The translations under genes and the position numbers were made by a program. Source: Octopus sinensis (taxonomy: Eukaryota). Taken from it: a DNA stretch of 64,000 nt. Below the pieces are notes generated by a model that did not search any database, was not told the origin of the DNA, and saw only the letters and a program-made list of their open reading frames with translations. The stretch covers positions 74,028,001 through 74,092,000 of the forward strand of contig NC_043006.1 of the NCBI RefSeq assembly GCF_006345805.1, in the 5' to 3' direction. Shown here in pieces: positions 39,364 to 52,300 of this stretch (within the stretch, counting starts at the first letter, position 1; each line of letters begins with the position of its first letter).

Positions 39364-41684
39364 CGATAAGCTCATTAGTAGCTAGTTGGGAGAATCAGTA
39401 CTCAACACTGAAACGGTGACTAAATGATTCGTTTTATTAGATTTCATCACTCTTTTGCCTATTAAGCGTGACAATACCTGCAAGATCTGTAGTTTCATCC
39501 CCATATAGCTTCTATATGCTGTGCCAAAGAGCTCATTACTGTTCGTTTTCGAACAATAGCTGTCATCGTGATATATCAATTATTTTCTAGCTCTTAAACT
39601 ATATTAATTTCGAACACGCATATCATGTATATATTTCCATGAATATAAATGTCTTTACATGAATATTTTAGTATTTTAATATATATATATATGCGTTCAT
39701 ATGATTAGTTGTGTGAATTGGCGAACGCAGTATCCATATGAAGGTATCTTCAAGTATCTTCTGACAAGTGCCAAGTGATATAAAATGCTCATACTCTGAT
39801 AAATCGTATCTTTTTCACCTCTATAAGATACGCATTGATTTTACATTGATATTAAAGAGAAAGAAGTAATTAGCGTACTTTAGTGCTGTAGTGTTTCGTA
39901 TTTCAGTGCAATTAAAAACATATCTTCAAAGTAAATTTCTCCAGTACGCATTTAACGTTCATCGTTATGTACAAACGTGCTGTTGCAATCTTCGTTATAA
40001 GCAATTATTTTAATTATGATTTAAAGTGTTGACTTTCATATAACTATTTTGTGCGCAGTTCTACTAGTGTATTTCGTATGCACTTATTCATATAATATGC
40101 GACTGTGAATATACAATTTGTAATATTACTGAACATGTTTTTGCATATTACTCTAGTTACAGCGAAAATGTTGAATGTCTACTCAGTGAATGAAGGAGCT
40201 AAAAGCTTAGAAATAAAACTTGCAATAATTTTTTTTTCGTGTCACAAGTGGGTATATCAAAAATATACGAAACACTTCAGTATCATTTGAAGCTAAACTA
40301 CAGCATATTTCTCTCCCATTTCTCACTTTTAATTTTACTCCTGTTGTTTAGTTCCGGGACTCTCAGTCCATTTTATTTCTCAGGTACCCGTCGTTTTTCA
40401 ACATATGTAGATCATATCCGTTTTGTTTTCAAAGATGACAGGCTGTGATTTGAGGCAGATATATACTTGTAAGACGTCGAGGGAAAGCATGGAGGTCCCT
40501 CGTCGGATGTGTATTTTCTTTTTCTTTAATGTGCTTTAAATAAGCTAAATTATGTTTTGTAGCATTAAAAAATAAAAATAAAATTACTTTCAATTGAATC
40601 GTACATCGCACAATACAATATTTTATTTCATCCTTACCGGAAGAATGAAAAAAAATTATGCCGTAGTACTTGATCGCAGAACTTTTACAGACGAAACTAA
40701 ATTTCATAAAACAACGATTATGAACTATATATAGTTGTTGCTGTTGCTTACCCACTCCCAAACCATAAAAGAATGCTGTGATCAGTAAGATCTATGATTA
40801 AAAATTATTCCGAGCGGACCATCCCATCTTTTGTTCCCATAAATTGTGTATGTTATTTTGGAAGACAGTCTAGTGATGCGATTTGTAGAAAATAAAATTT
40901 TGTGGATATTTCTAGCAGGTTCAAGAACCAAGCAAGGGCAGAGTTTCATTGGCTCACGTCTGCTCTTTATCTTGCATGATAGTAGAGAAAGCAGACTAGA
41001 TTGAATTCCGTCGAGAATAGAAACAAGAAAAGCTTATCCCAAAGAATGTTAAAGCAAATGTATTTGGTCCTATAGGCTCAAGTCCTCCAGTTTGGTGGAA
41101 AAACTGAATGAAAATGTTTAGCAGAAAATAACGGGTTGCATATGCAAGTGCACGTTCTCTCTGCAACGGAAACACGTGTCTGTCATATTAACCAATTATT
41201 CTGTACAATTAACCGGAAGAATTAAAAGAAAAAATTGATCTTCCAGTGTCCGTATTTTTTGTAATTGTTACATAGATGTGTATGTGTGTATGTGTGTGTG
41301 TATGTGTGTGTGTGCGTGTGTGTGTGTGTGTGTGTATCGAACAGGAAAATGTCAAAGATCCTTCCCGAGTCATGTGCTGAAAAAACCCGGTTTCCTGGAT
41401 TTTATGGCGTATATGTTCCCCGACTCCACCCTAGACAGTATCCCGATCCACCGCAGGATTACTCATTTGTGCCAGCAGAGTAGATTGGAGAACAGTTTAA
41501 GTTAAGGTTAAAGTTAGGGTTATGGTTAAGTGTCTTGCTCAAGAATAAAACACATAAGCCATTCCAGGAACCAAACCACACTCAGACGATTATGAGTTCA
41601 AACCGTAGCCGCCAAGCCATCTTCGCAATTGATGAATATGACTGGAGATAATTTCTCTGTTACGTTACGACGATTTCTATAAGT

Positions 41685-41920
41685 GGATGCGAATGACTTA
41701 GTAATTAGGGCGTTGGACTCGTGATCGTAAGACAGTGGTTTCGTCTCCTGGACTGGGTGACTCATTATGTTCTTGAGCAAAACTGTTCATTTTATGTTGC
41801 TCTACTCCAATCAGCAGGAAAAATGAGTAATTCTGCGACAGACTAGCGTCCCGTCCAGGTGGGGAATATATGCGTCACAGAAACCGGGAAAGTGGCCCTA
41901 TGAGTCTATATGGCTCGGGA
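41685..41920 (+). mobile_element. SINE family B (CORE-like)
   Basis: tagtaattagggcgttggactcgtgatcg...tgttcttgagcaaaactgttcattttatgttgctc...cgtcccgtccagg. Confidence 0.75.
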
Positions 41921-43550
41921 AGGATCATTATCCTTTTATATCCAGTTTCCATAGAATGTCTATTTATTAGCTCATTATCACCGTTAGACTATTCTGTATA
42001 CTACCAAAATGTTACACACACACACTGGTTACTATATAACCAGGATGTTTCTTCAGACATAATTGCACAGTTGGGTAGAGTTTTTACATATAGATTAAAG
42101 ATGGATTCGTTATAGTTTATTATGTGTCAAAGAAATGCTTTTTACAGCGTAGAATTTTATAAATAACATATACTGCATCAATTTATTCAACCGTCCATCT
42201 GAATTATTGCTAACTGTAATGTAGACTACCAGACATATTACATTGGCGCCACTGTGTAAGGACAGGTTCTAAAAGATTAAACAATAATATCATTTCCCTT
42301 TTGAATTTGGTTTGCAGGATTCTTCACGTGAATTCCTATGTTCAAACAGATTGTTTTGTATATCGAGGGGGGTTATTATGCTAATTAATACTTGTATTTA
42401 TTATTGGCGTAATAATTCTCCCTAGATACAACATAATAGTATCTATCATGTAGTTCGTTTCAAGTAAAAATAAGTTACAAGATTACCTCAAAGAATATTT
42501 CAGATAACTATGTCGTTACAGATGAGGTACAAGCAAACTTAAAGACATACACGGGCGCGCGTGTGTGAGTGGGTGTATGTGTCTATGTATATATTTATGC
42601 ATTGTGTTAAAACCCCAAGGGTAACGAGACATTAATTATAGGGCAATACAATTAGAGTAGTAGTTGTAATATATTAAAACGCACGGAGAGAGCTCTACAA
42701 CACAGTCGAAAGGAAAAAGTAACAAAATGAATATAATAGTTTATGCTCCGTATAACAATGGCGGTAGACTATATAAAACAATAATTAGTTTTCTAATCAA
42801 TGATCAAAATAATGAATCACTTTATTGTAACAGACCCTTAAGCAATACTGGGATGTAGTCTTCATATCCGGTGTATTATCTAGCAAGATTATTTACTTAA
42901 TGACAGTAAATATAATTTGGAAGATTTATATTAAAGAAAAATCATGCTGAGAGAAAGACACACCTCGAGCGTATATAAGATGTCTACTTCTGTGTTTAGC
43001 TTTTTAGTCAAGTGTGTTTATAATTTATAGCAATTAATTCGTGGTGAAAGGGTTTGACGTTTTCCAGCTGTATAAAGGAATAAAAACAATAATTAACAAG
43101 TAATATCTTAACAGGCTTGTCATGGGCCTTTCAGAAAAAACCCCAACTAACATGTCATTAGAATAAGTATTATAACGATCAAATCTATCACGAACCTCGC
43201 TATTCTTATTTCTTTGATTTTTTTTTTCATATCAATAATTAAAAATTATTGTGTATTCTTCGCTTTGATGCTTAGTTTTAACAAGATCAGTTTGATATGT
43301 TTAATAGGCCATCGAGGAGATGCATTGTTAATAAACCCAATACAAAGAAAAGCCTAGATACTTATTAATGAATTCGCACATGTATGTATGCATAGGTATA
43401 TATACGTATCTATCTATTTATCTATCTTTCTATCTGGATCAAAACAGTTTGATCCACATTCTGTGGTACTTCAACTTTCAAAGTTTGACGCTAAGCATAC
43501 TTATAACCATAGATATCTGGTTACATTGCCCTTTCCTATTTTCCCTCCAA

Positions 43551-43640
43551 CCACGCGACCGATTTCCTGTTCACCACGCGGTTGATTTCCTGATCACCAC
43601 GCGGTTAATTACCAGTTAACCATGCGGTATTTTCCACGCA
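43551..43640. repeat. 23-bp tandem repeat, about 4 copies, with CCACGCGG core
   Basis: ccacgcg at 43551, 43574 and 43597; ccatgcg at 43620. Confidence 0.8.
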
Positions 43641-43984
43641 ATTCTTGTCGCTGAAATACCAACATCAAACGTGACCTTTCTCGACCAATCGCAGCCCATC
43701 TAACGGTAATAAAACCTGACTTTCTCCAATTGATCTCTTATTCAAATTTCTCATGGCTGCGGTTTAGCATCACGTTTCGAAACTTGACGTACTATGGAAT
43801 TTGAATCAAAGTGTTTTAATCCATGCCTATAACTAACTCCCAATAAGTGCGTTGAGTACCCTCCATTTGTTTGTCCTCTTACTCATATATATATATAAAA
43901 CAAAGTAAAGTTGTAAGGTGGTGCATAAGGGAAAACATATATGAAGGAAGGTTTGAAAATTTGCGTTTTCAAACCTTCTTGGTG

Positions 43985-44220
43985 GAGGACAAACACAGAC
44001 ACACACGTACGTACACATACCCCCCCCCCCACATATATATATATACCTATGTATTATATGACAGGCGTCTTTCAGCTTCCGTCTACCAAATCCACTCACA
44101 AGGCTTTGGGCGGCTCGAGGCTATTGTAGAAGACACTTCTACAAGTTGTCACGTAGCGGGACTGAACACAGAACCATGTAGTTGAGAAGTATGCTTTTTA
44201 CCACACAACCACGCCTGCGC
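43985..44220 (-). mobile_element. SINE family A, head plus internal microsatellite
   Basis: tttcagcttccgtctaccaaatccactcacaaggctttgg...accacacaaccacgcctgcgc. Confidence 0.85.
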
Positions 44221-44399
44221 TAATTTTGATTTATTGAAATTAACTCCATCTACAGAGGATGAGTCATAATAACGAAATGACAATAAACACCAGTTCTAGT
44301 TCTGAATGGAAAGTATACTCAACAAACCAGGATTCTCCAAATCGATTACCATTAGCGAAAAGGACTGGATTATTGCGCAGACATATCACGTGATCAGAA

Positions 44400-44978
44400 T
44401 TAGATATGCAATGTATGTGGGTGAATTTTCAATATAAAGTCTGGTTCAAAAAGCCACACCAAACGCCATGATGGATTTAAGGTGTAAGCACAAGAGGTGG
44501 TTACACTCTGCAAGAGGGTAGGCAACGACCATGTGTTATATTATATTATACAATATTATATATATTATAGTTTACAGAGGCAGTTTTGCGGATAAGCAAA
44601 TTCAATATAACAGTTTAGGTGTATAGTTTGTGTCAGACCATGCATTTCTTTTGGTGGGGTCAAATGTCGTTTGCGAACCCATAGAAAACGAACCCCCACC
44701 AATTATTATGCCTATATGCCTGTGCACACTTTTCAATGCAATGTATGTCAGAAGCTATGCAAATATAATAATGGAGGCCTCGGAAGACATTTTAAGATCC
44801 ACAAAAATTTAGAACATAACTACAGCTCTTGGTGGTCCACATCGGATATGCAAGCTATGTGGGTGTCTTTTCAAAACATTGTCTGGTTTCAAAAGCCATA
44901 ACAGAGGCCACGATGGTTCTAAAGTGTTTGTACAGGTGGTGGTCAGACTGTTCATAAGGAGTAGACAACCACCATAAG
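44400..44978 (+). pseudogene. Three decayed C2H2 zinc fingers, probably LINE (RTE-type) 3' ends
   Basis: CNVCG*IFNIKSGSKSHTKRH; FQCNVCQKLCKYNNGGLGRHFKIH; CKLCGCLFKTLSGFKSHNRGH; has a stop and frameshift, no TGEKP linkers, ends in (TA)n. Confidence 0.65.
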
Positions 44979-45048
<70 letters not shown>

Positions 45049-45052
45049 ATAT

Positions 45053-45313
45053 GACCATGGGATTGCACCTAGAAAGTTACCCTCCTAGACACAAGTCCGG
45101 GCAAGGTTGTTTATGGAAGACCAGCAGTCGCCCATGCATACCAGCCTCCCCTCTCCACGCCACCAGTGTTATCCAAGGGAAAGACAAAGGTCGATACAGC
45201 TTGGCACCAGTGACGTCGCAACTCATTTCTACAGCTGAGTGAACTGGAGCAACGTGAAATAAAGTCCCTTGCTCAAGGACACAACACGCAGCCCGGTCCG
45301 GGATTCGAGCTCA

Positions 45314-45316
<3 letters not shown>
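45053..45316 (-). mobile_element. SINE family B variant (CORE-like domain, different tail)
   Basis: ctcatttctacagctgagtgaactggagcaacgtgaaataaagtcccttgctcaaggacacaac. Confidence 0.8.
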
Positions 45317-45361
<45 letters not shown>

Positions 45362-45430
45362 ATATATACTGTGTATGTGAGTGTGTATGTTTCCGTTTGT
45401 TTTTGTCAGAGTCAGTGCTGGTGTGTATTA

Positions 45431-45966
45431 CTGGGTTATTCAAAAAGAACGAACTGATTTCATTACGCACTATCTTAATAAAGAAAAGCAATATAAAATC
45501 TCCAGCTCAGCTAGGTCACAAGTATTTATTCACAATCAACTTTTATTTCCTGTCTTCAATGTGGCCATCACCTGCAGCACGGGCAACATCAATGCGATAA
45601 GAGAATTCCTCCCGGACGCGTATCATCGTATCAAAAGCAAGTTCATTATGGAACTAAAGAATACATTTGCTTTGATTGAGGTGATTCCAGAAGATATTGA
45701 CAAAGAAAGGAAATGGAAAATCTTCGATAAATATTCAACCAGACAGGTAAAGAAGTACTCAATGAATCATGACATGTCGTTACGCGTCTGGGAGGAATTC
45801 TCTTATCACATTGCTGTTGCCCGTGCTGCAGTTGGTGGCCACATTAAAGACAGTAAATAAAAGTTGACCGTGAGTAAATACTTGTGACTTAGTTGGAGAT
45901 TTCTATTGATTTTTCTTATTAAAATATTGAGTAATGAAATCGGTTCATTCATTTTGAATGACACTG
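45431..45966. mobile_element. Tc1/mariner-superfamily fold-back element built from two inverted transposon 3' ends, TA flanks
   Basis: About 200-bp arms; both carry a transposase C-terminus (LRVWEEFSYHIAVARAAVGGHIKD); ta|ctgggttattcaaaa ... ttttgaatgacactg|ta. Confidence 0.75.
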
Positions 45967-47290
45967 TAAAAATGTATGTGCGTGTATTTACCAAAAATAA
46001 ACATTGCATTTCGGAAAAAATATTTATTTTCGAGGCTTCTCATAATTTCTTCGGTCCAGTCAATACGAAATTGTTGTTTATGGCGTTATTTCTATCATAT
46101 AAATTGACGACTCTGAAGTATAAATAATATGATTTATACATTTTGTGTTATGACATCAAAAACAATTCGCGAATCCAAGGATATTTGAATCTGTTAACGT
46201 GTTGAAAGAATTGTGAGACGACGGTTAACATATTTGGTTACTGACTGTTGCAAGGCGCTATTCGCCACCCCTTTTTGTGGGATAGAAGCATATATATGTA
46301 TATATATACTACTAATATAAAATGAAGCTTTTTTACAGAAAAAAAATTCCATCAAAAATGTGGCAGCATATTAAAATACCGTTAAGTTTAAAATATAGAA
46401 ATAACGAACTTTTAAAAAAAATTCTATTGGCTGGCTTTCCTCGATTTCTGCTCTATGTGTTTTCTGTAACGAGTAAATAATATGTGGAAATTGACGATTT
46501 AAAAGTCTGTTATCAGCATATTGGGTTAGAAATAATTTTCTTTAGTCCTTATTTATAATTTGTTTATATATATATATGTATATTATATGTGTGTGTGTGG
46601 TGTATGTGTGTATGTTCACATGCTTATGCATGAGTGTATGAGAAATCACGATAACATAAGTTTGTATAATTAATTCCTACGTACGTTTCAAAATTACGGT
46701 TGCTTAGAATATTGTATCGGATGTTCCAAGTACAATGGAAATCTGAACTGGGAACGAATCAACAGGAATATTAGTTCTTATTTACTTAATGCAAAATATT
46801 GTTCCTTAATGATGTGGTCGGGGTCATCGAAATGCGCTTGAAACATGCAATGCAAGAAATCTTTTTGGGGAAATCTCCAAATTGAAGGACGAATCTAATT
46901 CAACCTTTAACACACACACACACACATATATATATATACAAGTGCATCGCACGCAGCTTTGCATTACTAGATTCACTCACAAGATATTGGTTTTCCCGAA
47001 GCTATCGTAGATCGTAGAACACACCAGCCCAACTGGTGCAGACGCACCGTACAAAGGAGGAATAGGATCTTTTTCATAACAATAACTGGATCTTAACATT
47101 AATCAACTAAATGCATACTGTTGATAACATTATTCATGAGTAACAGAAATAGCTTCTAATAAACCATCATCGAGCAGTATGATCACTACTCAGGTGACCG
47201 AAGGTTCGAAGTCACAGTTAATCATGTTTTTGTTAGAGAATAATAAATTTGTATTCTACCAAATACATAGAGTAATCGTTTAATTTAATA

Positions 47291-47490
47291 AGGCGGCGAG
47301 CTGGAAGAATCGTTAGCACGCTGGACGAAATGCTTCAGAAGTATTTCGCCCGTATAGTTCTGAGTTCAAATTCCGTCGGGGCTGACTTTGCTTTTCATCT
47401 TTTCGGATCGATAAATTAAGTAGAGTGGGGTTGATGTAATCAACTAGTTCCATCCCCATAATTTCAGGCCCTGTGCCTTTAGTAGAAAGG
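47291..47490 (+). mobile_element. SINE family C
   Basis: aggcggcgagctggaagaatcgttagcacg...ttctgagttcaaattcc...gactttgcttttcatcttttcggatcgataaattaagta. Confidence 0.85.
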
Positions 47491-47492
47491 AT

Positions 47493-47523
<31 letters not shown>

Positions 47524-47599
47524 ACCAGTTTGGAATGTTTCACCAAAACGGAGAATTACTAATGTCACTAAATGTGACTAGGGTGTTAAATATGACTAG

Positions 47600-48320
47600 A
47601 GTTGCTGTGTGATAAGAAACTTATTTTCCAACCACAGTCCCACTGCGTGGCACCATGGGAAAGTGTCTTCTAATACAGCCTCGGGCCGACCAATTCCTTG
47701 TGAGTGGATTTGGTAGATGGAAACAGAAAGAAGCCTGTCGTATATATATCGTTGCTATTACCTTAAATTCTCGTATGTCCAAGTCTGGCAAAATGCTTAT
47801 GTTTTATGAACATTTATTTTTGCTTGCAATATTCAGTCCTTTTTGTCAAACTATCGTACCTCCAGTTGCTTCAGATGGCAAGATATGAAAATTCTCAAAG
47901 TGTAAGCCAATGGCTTAGCATTTTTCCAAAGTGTAGTTCGTCTGATTGAGAATATCATACCTGCATGGAGTTACAATTGTATGTACCCAACAAACTATTA
48001 TAGTGAAAATGAAACCATTGCTAATATTAAAAGAAATGGAATGGTGAAATTATTTTTCCGTTTTCTGAAAAAGCAACGTTTTGGACTTACGACACTTTTA
48101 CATAATGCCAAAGATATATATATATATATTTGTGTGTGTGTCTGTGTTTGTCCTTCCGCTCATCGGTGTGCTTCCGTCCTCGTAACCTAGCGATTTGGCA
48201 AAAAACACCGATAGAATGAGTGCTAGGCTTACAAAGAATAAGTCCTGGGGGCGGTTTGTTCGACTAAAGGCGGTGCTCCAGCATGACTGCAGTCAAATGA
48301 CTGAAACATTTAAAAGAAAA
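47600..48320 (+). mobile_element. SINE family A split at its internal (TA)n by an about 365-bp insert (47750-48113) with weak TIRs
   Basis: Head 47600-47741, tail 48114-48320; insert ends tcgtatgtccaa / ttggacttacga. Confidence 0.75.
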
Positions 48321-48917
48321 AAAAAAGAAAAGAATATTTGCATTCGTGTGCGTGTGTGAACAGATACGTAGATAGATAGACGGATAAATAGATAGATACG
48401 TAGTGGACATGTTGGTAGATAAGTAAAAAGGGAAGTAATGAAACAGAGAGGTTTTAGATGGGTAAATAAAGGGAGATAACTACACAACGGTATAGCGAAA
48501 GAATGAAGTTAGAAAGAAGAGATAAGTAGTGACAGAGCGATAAAGAAGGAAGAAAAAGAGGCAAAGAGAAAGAATGAGTGTGAGAGAAGGAGAATGAGAG
48601 ATCGTAACGTAGAAACAGTATGAGTTAATTATTGGTATTTAGTCTCGTCTAAAGCTTTGTTTCTTCATAGCCTCATGCTCCATAAGACTGATTAGATGCT
48701 AGTTATATTTTGTGTATCGTAACCGCCGGCATCATCAAAACTCATAGTACAGAACCATGAGCATGCACATACTTTGACAAAAGCACACATACGCAAATAT
48801 AGAGACTATCACACACACACACACACATCATATATATAATTTCGTTCTCATATCACAGTGTACTCAACAAAAATCAATCACTGTATACATACATACATTT
48901 ATACACACATACACATA

Positions 48918-48958
<41 letters not shown>

Positions 48959-48994
48959 AAATATAATATGTGACATTTATTCGGTAGCCATGAT

Positions 48995-49051
48995 AAAACT
49001 CCAAGTTTCGGATGTCAGGGCGGAAACCCACGCTGGCATCTCTTCAGTTTT
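48995..49051 (-). ncRNA. Probable hammerhead ribozyme
   Basis: AA CUGAAGA GAUGcCAG..CUGaCAUCc GAAAC uugga GUU UU; inverted partial copy aactgaagagatg at 49064-49076. Confidence 0.5.
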
Positions 49052-49076
49052 CGATGGCCCGATAACTGAAGAGATG

Positions 49077-49135
<59 letters not shown>

Positions 49136-49143
49136 ATATATAT

Positions 49144-49174
<31 letters not shown>

Positions 49175-49257
49175 GTATATGTATATATATATATATGTAT
49201 ATGTATATTATATATATATATGTATATGTATATATATATATATGTATATGTATATAT

Positions 49258-49356
<99 letters not shown>

Positions 49357-52300
49357 TGTATGTATGTATGTGTGTATGTATGTATAACACATTGTTTATA
49401 TATGTAAAGAAAATGGTAAGAAAGCTGTTACAACTCTTCGTTATGACTGCTCATTTTGTCGCTTTCGTAATGCTATACCTTGGGGAAGGCATTCGGGTGC
49501 ATCTCTGTAGAGCAGAAAAAGAAACTGGAAACCAGCCCCTCATTAGAGTCGTTTAATCACGCACGGCTGTAGCATAGGAAAAAATGTTTACATTCTCATT
49601 TCAAACGCAACGAGGTTTTGTTATATGTATATTTAATTCAGTTCTTCTGATTTACCTCGCGTGTTTTGCATAAATTTGATATATATATTAATTAATTAGG
49701 AACGGTCAAGAGCACAAATATGCAAATCAGAATATCCATAATGGTGCCGGAATATTTTATGGCTGATTTATATAATAGTTAAATGTTCAATGATTTTGAT
49801 TGTAAAGGAAGCCGAGTAGATCTAAGAGGATCATGAAATACATTGCTAAATGACCGAACAGGAGAATGCCTCCCTCATTTGCCGCACAGCTATAGCACAG
49901 CAAGAATAATCGAGGCTTTGTAATATAAATGCATTATTTCTATTGACTGAGTTTCAATTAACAGCAAACCTGAAGATATGGGAGCTAATACTTGCTACAT
50001 AACCGTACATGCCGAAAGAATCTAAAAGTACGCTGTTCAACAGTGAATTTCTTAATTAGTCAACTATGACGTCGTTCACGCATGGTATAGTCTTAATAAT
50101 TTTGCTCCTTTACAAGCAGGGGTTAAGTGAAAGGACACAGACCGCGAAATTATAGTATTGATATATATATCTGCAGATTCGAATAACTCCATTTGCGTCG
50201 ACAATACGTATGTTATAATGTCCAATGTAGAACATTTCTTTTAGAAAAAAACCACGTTTAGTTTCTTCTCATTTTGAGTTTTATTAGAAAATTTAGCTCC
50301 ATTCGTATCGGTTGAAATCTCAAAAATCGATAAAATATGTAACAGTAATATAAAATAACAAAACACTTGTTTCTTTCTTTCTCTCTCCTTCTCTCTATCT
50401 ATTTCACTCCCCCTCTCTCACTCTTTCTATCGCTATATGGAACATCCTGGAAATAATATGTTGACTTTATATTGCTAAAAAACACGTTAATGTATTTATT
50501 AACACCTTTATCCGACTACAAGCTTAATGTCCGTTTTAAGCACCTCACATTTCCAATATGAAGTAATATTTTTTTCTTTTGTTTCGTTATCTTAAATATT
50601 TTGCTTTTCGACTTATTTTCATTTCAAATAGATTCTGGCATAAACTACTGTAAATCCACACCAGACAGGAATGTCGACTTCTCTAAGGAAATTAAAGAAT
50701 GTTTATTGCAAAGAAAAAAATAATTAGGTAGCAGCGAGAGATTCAAAGTTTTAAAATATAACAAAACAGTCGTCATTTAACATACTAGTTTCAGTTCGTC
50801 GGAGTCTTGGGAATTTGAAGTGATGCTGCGTGCTGAGATTCAGTACTGGAAGCTCATTGATGTACGATAAAGATCTTGAAAGTATTTTAATTGTTAACCA
50901 GTGGGAAAACATTAAGAACTGGGACAATAATATTTCATTTACCATTGGACCAATATTTTTGGTAATATAGGTCAATATTTAACAAATAATGATTCCAAAG
51001 CATCGAATTGATGTAAAATTACCATCCAAATTTTTGACATTTGCTATCCTTGGCAGTACTGTCTTAACAGCAGCATAGTTCCCAGGGGCAACGCAATGCA
51101 CAGCGGGCCCTTAGCATTTATTTGTTGACAAGCTACAGAATTCATAGATTAGCATTGGGATCCTTGCTCAGTTCCGGGCAACTGCCCTATATAGTTCTGT
51201 CTTTTCACGGCACTAGTCCTGGAACCAGCATGGACAGCACTGCACATGATAAAAACAAGATTCTAGAAAAATTTAGGTCACCCTCACACGAATTATTTCC
51301 CACGAGAAGTATACAATTCTCTGAGTTATCATTAGCGAGAGATTATATATTTTTTTAGACTGTTGTACTGAAGTCAAATCTACACAGGGTTCCCAAAAAA
51401 TCAAAATAAAATAATTCATGTAAGTACTGCATGCAAAAATGTATCCCACACATGATCACAACATGCAAGGAATGGTAAACAAATATCCCTCAAATCATAC
51501 CAAGTTGATTTAAAATGACATATAGTAAATGATAGTGAGTATTACCTTGTTCGTATGTAGTTGAATATGTGAAAGCTCATTGTCTATGGACGTTTGACTC
51601 ACTGTAAAATCATGGGTTAGATTCTTGAACTGGGCAGTGCATTGCTCAAATCCACTCAGCTGTAGTGGGTAGTAAGAAATTACAAATAAACTTAATAGGA
51701 TAAGTGATAACCAACCACCCATAATGATAGGTGGTCTCCAGACATGTTCAAGCAGCTGCTCCCACCCCTTGACACCCAGGTGACATTCCTAGCACCCCAC
51801 TTCAATTAAACATCATGAACATAGAACTCTTTCTGAAACAAATTCAAAGCAACTGTATTTCACAAATTAATCTTGACCTATTGAACCCTTTATTTTGTTG
51901 TTTTTACATGAACCGCTACCCTATTATTGCTCCACTTTTCTTCAACGGCGCCTTGGAACTTTCCACTGCTTCCAGGGCTGTGTGTGCAATACTGCCCCAC
52001 TATGGGAACCACTGCTCTACATGTATAAAATGTAATACGCGGTACATTATGTCAAGAGAGCAAAATGTGAACATTTCAAGGTAGGAATGCCTTTCCTTAC
52101 CCAAACCGCTTCAAAGCTTAACGACATAAAAGAGCCGTCGAATGAGAGTTTCTACGGTCTCCCGAAATGACAGAAATAGCAATCATATCCCTTGAAAATC
52201 ACATCTTACTGTTCCATTTGCACTGTATCGAAGACAACTGCCGGAAAACTTTGGAGCTTCGGTCAATTACATTAGCGCTGTTTTGAATCTGAACATCAAT

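Noticed and set aside
41497-41530. TTAGGG-like run (also cctaa-like at 24311-24333)
   Set aside because: Too short and degenerate to call an interstitial telomere
43048-43145. GGGUUU...CUGAAAG...GAAAACGUC-AAACCC on the minus strand
   Set aside because: Core lacks the GA and stem II is unclear; at best a relic
51040-52020. Very old LINE RT remnant (SIVPRG...GPLAFI)
   Set aside because: Similarity to the GVPQG...LGP motif is too weak to support by eye
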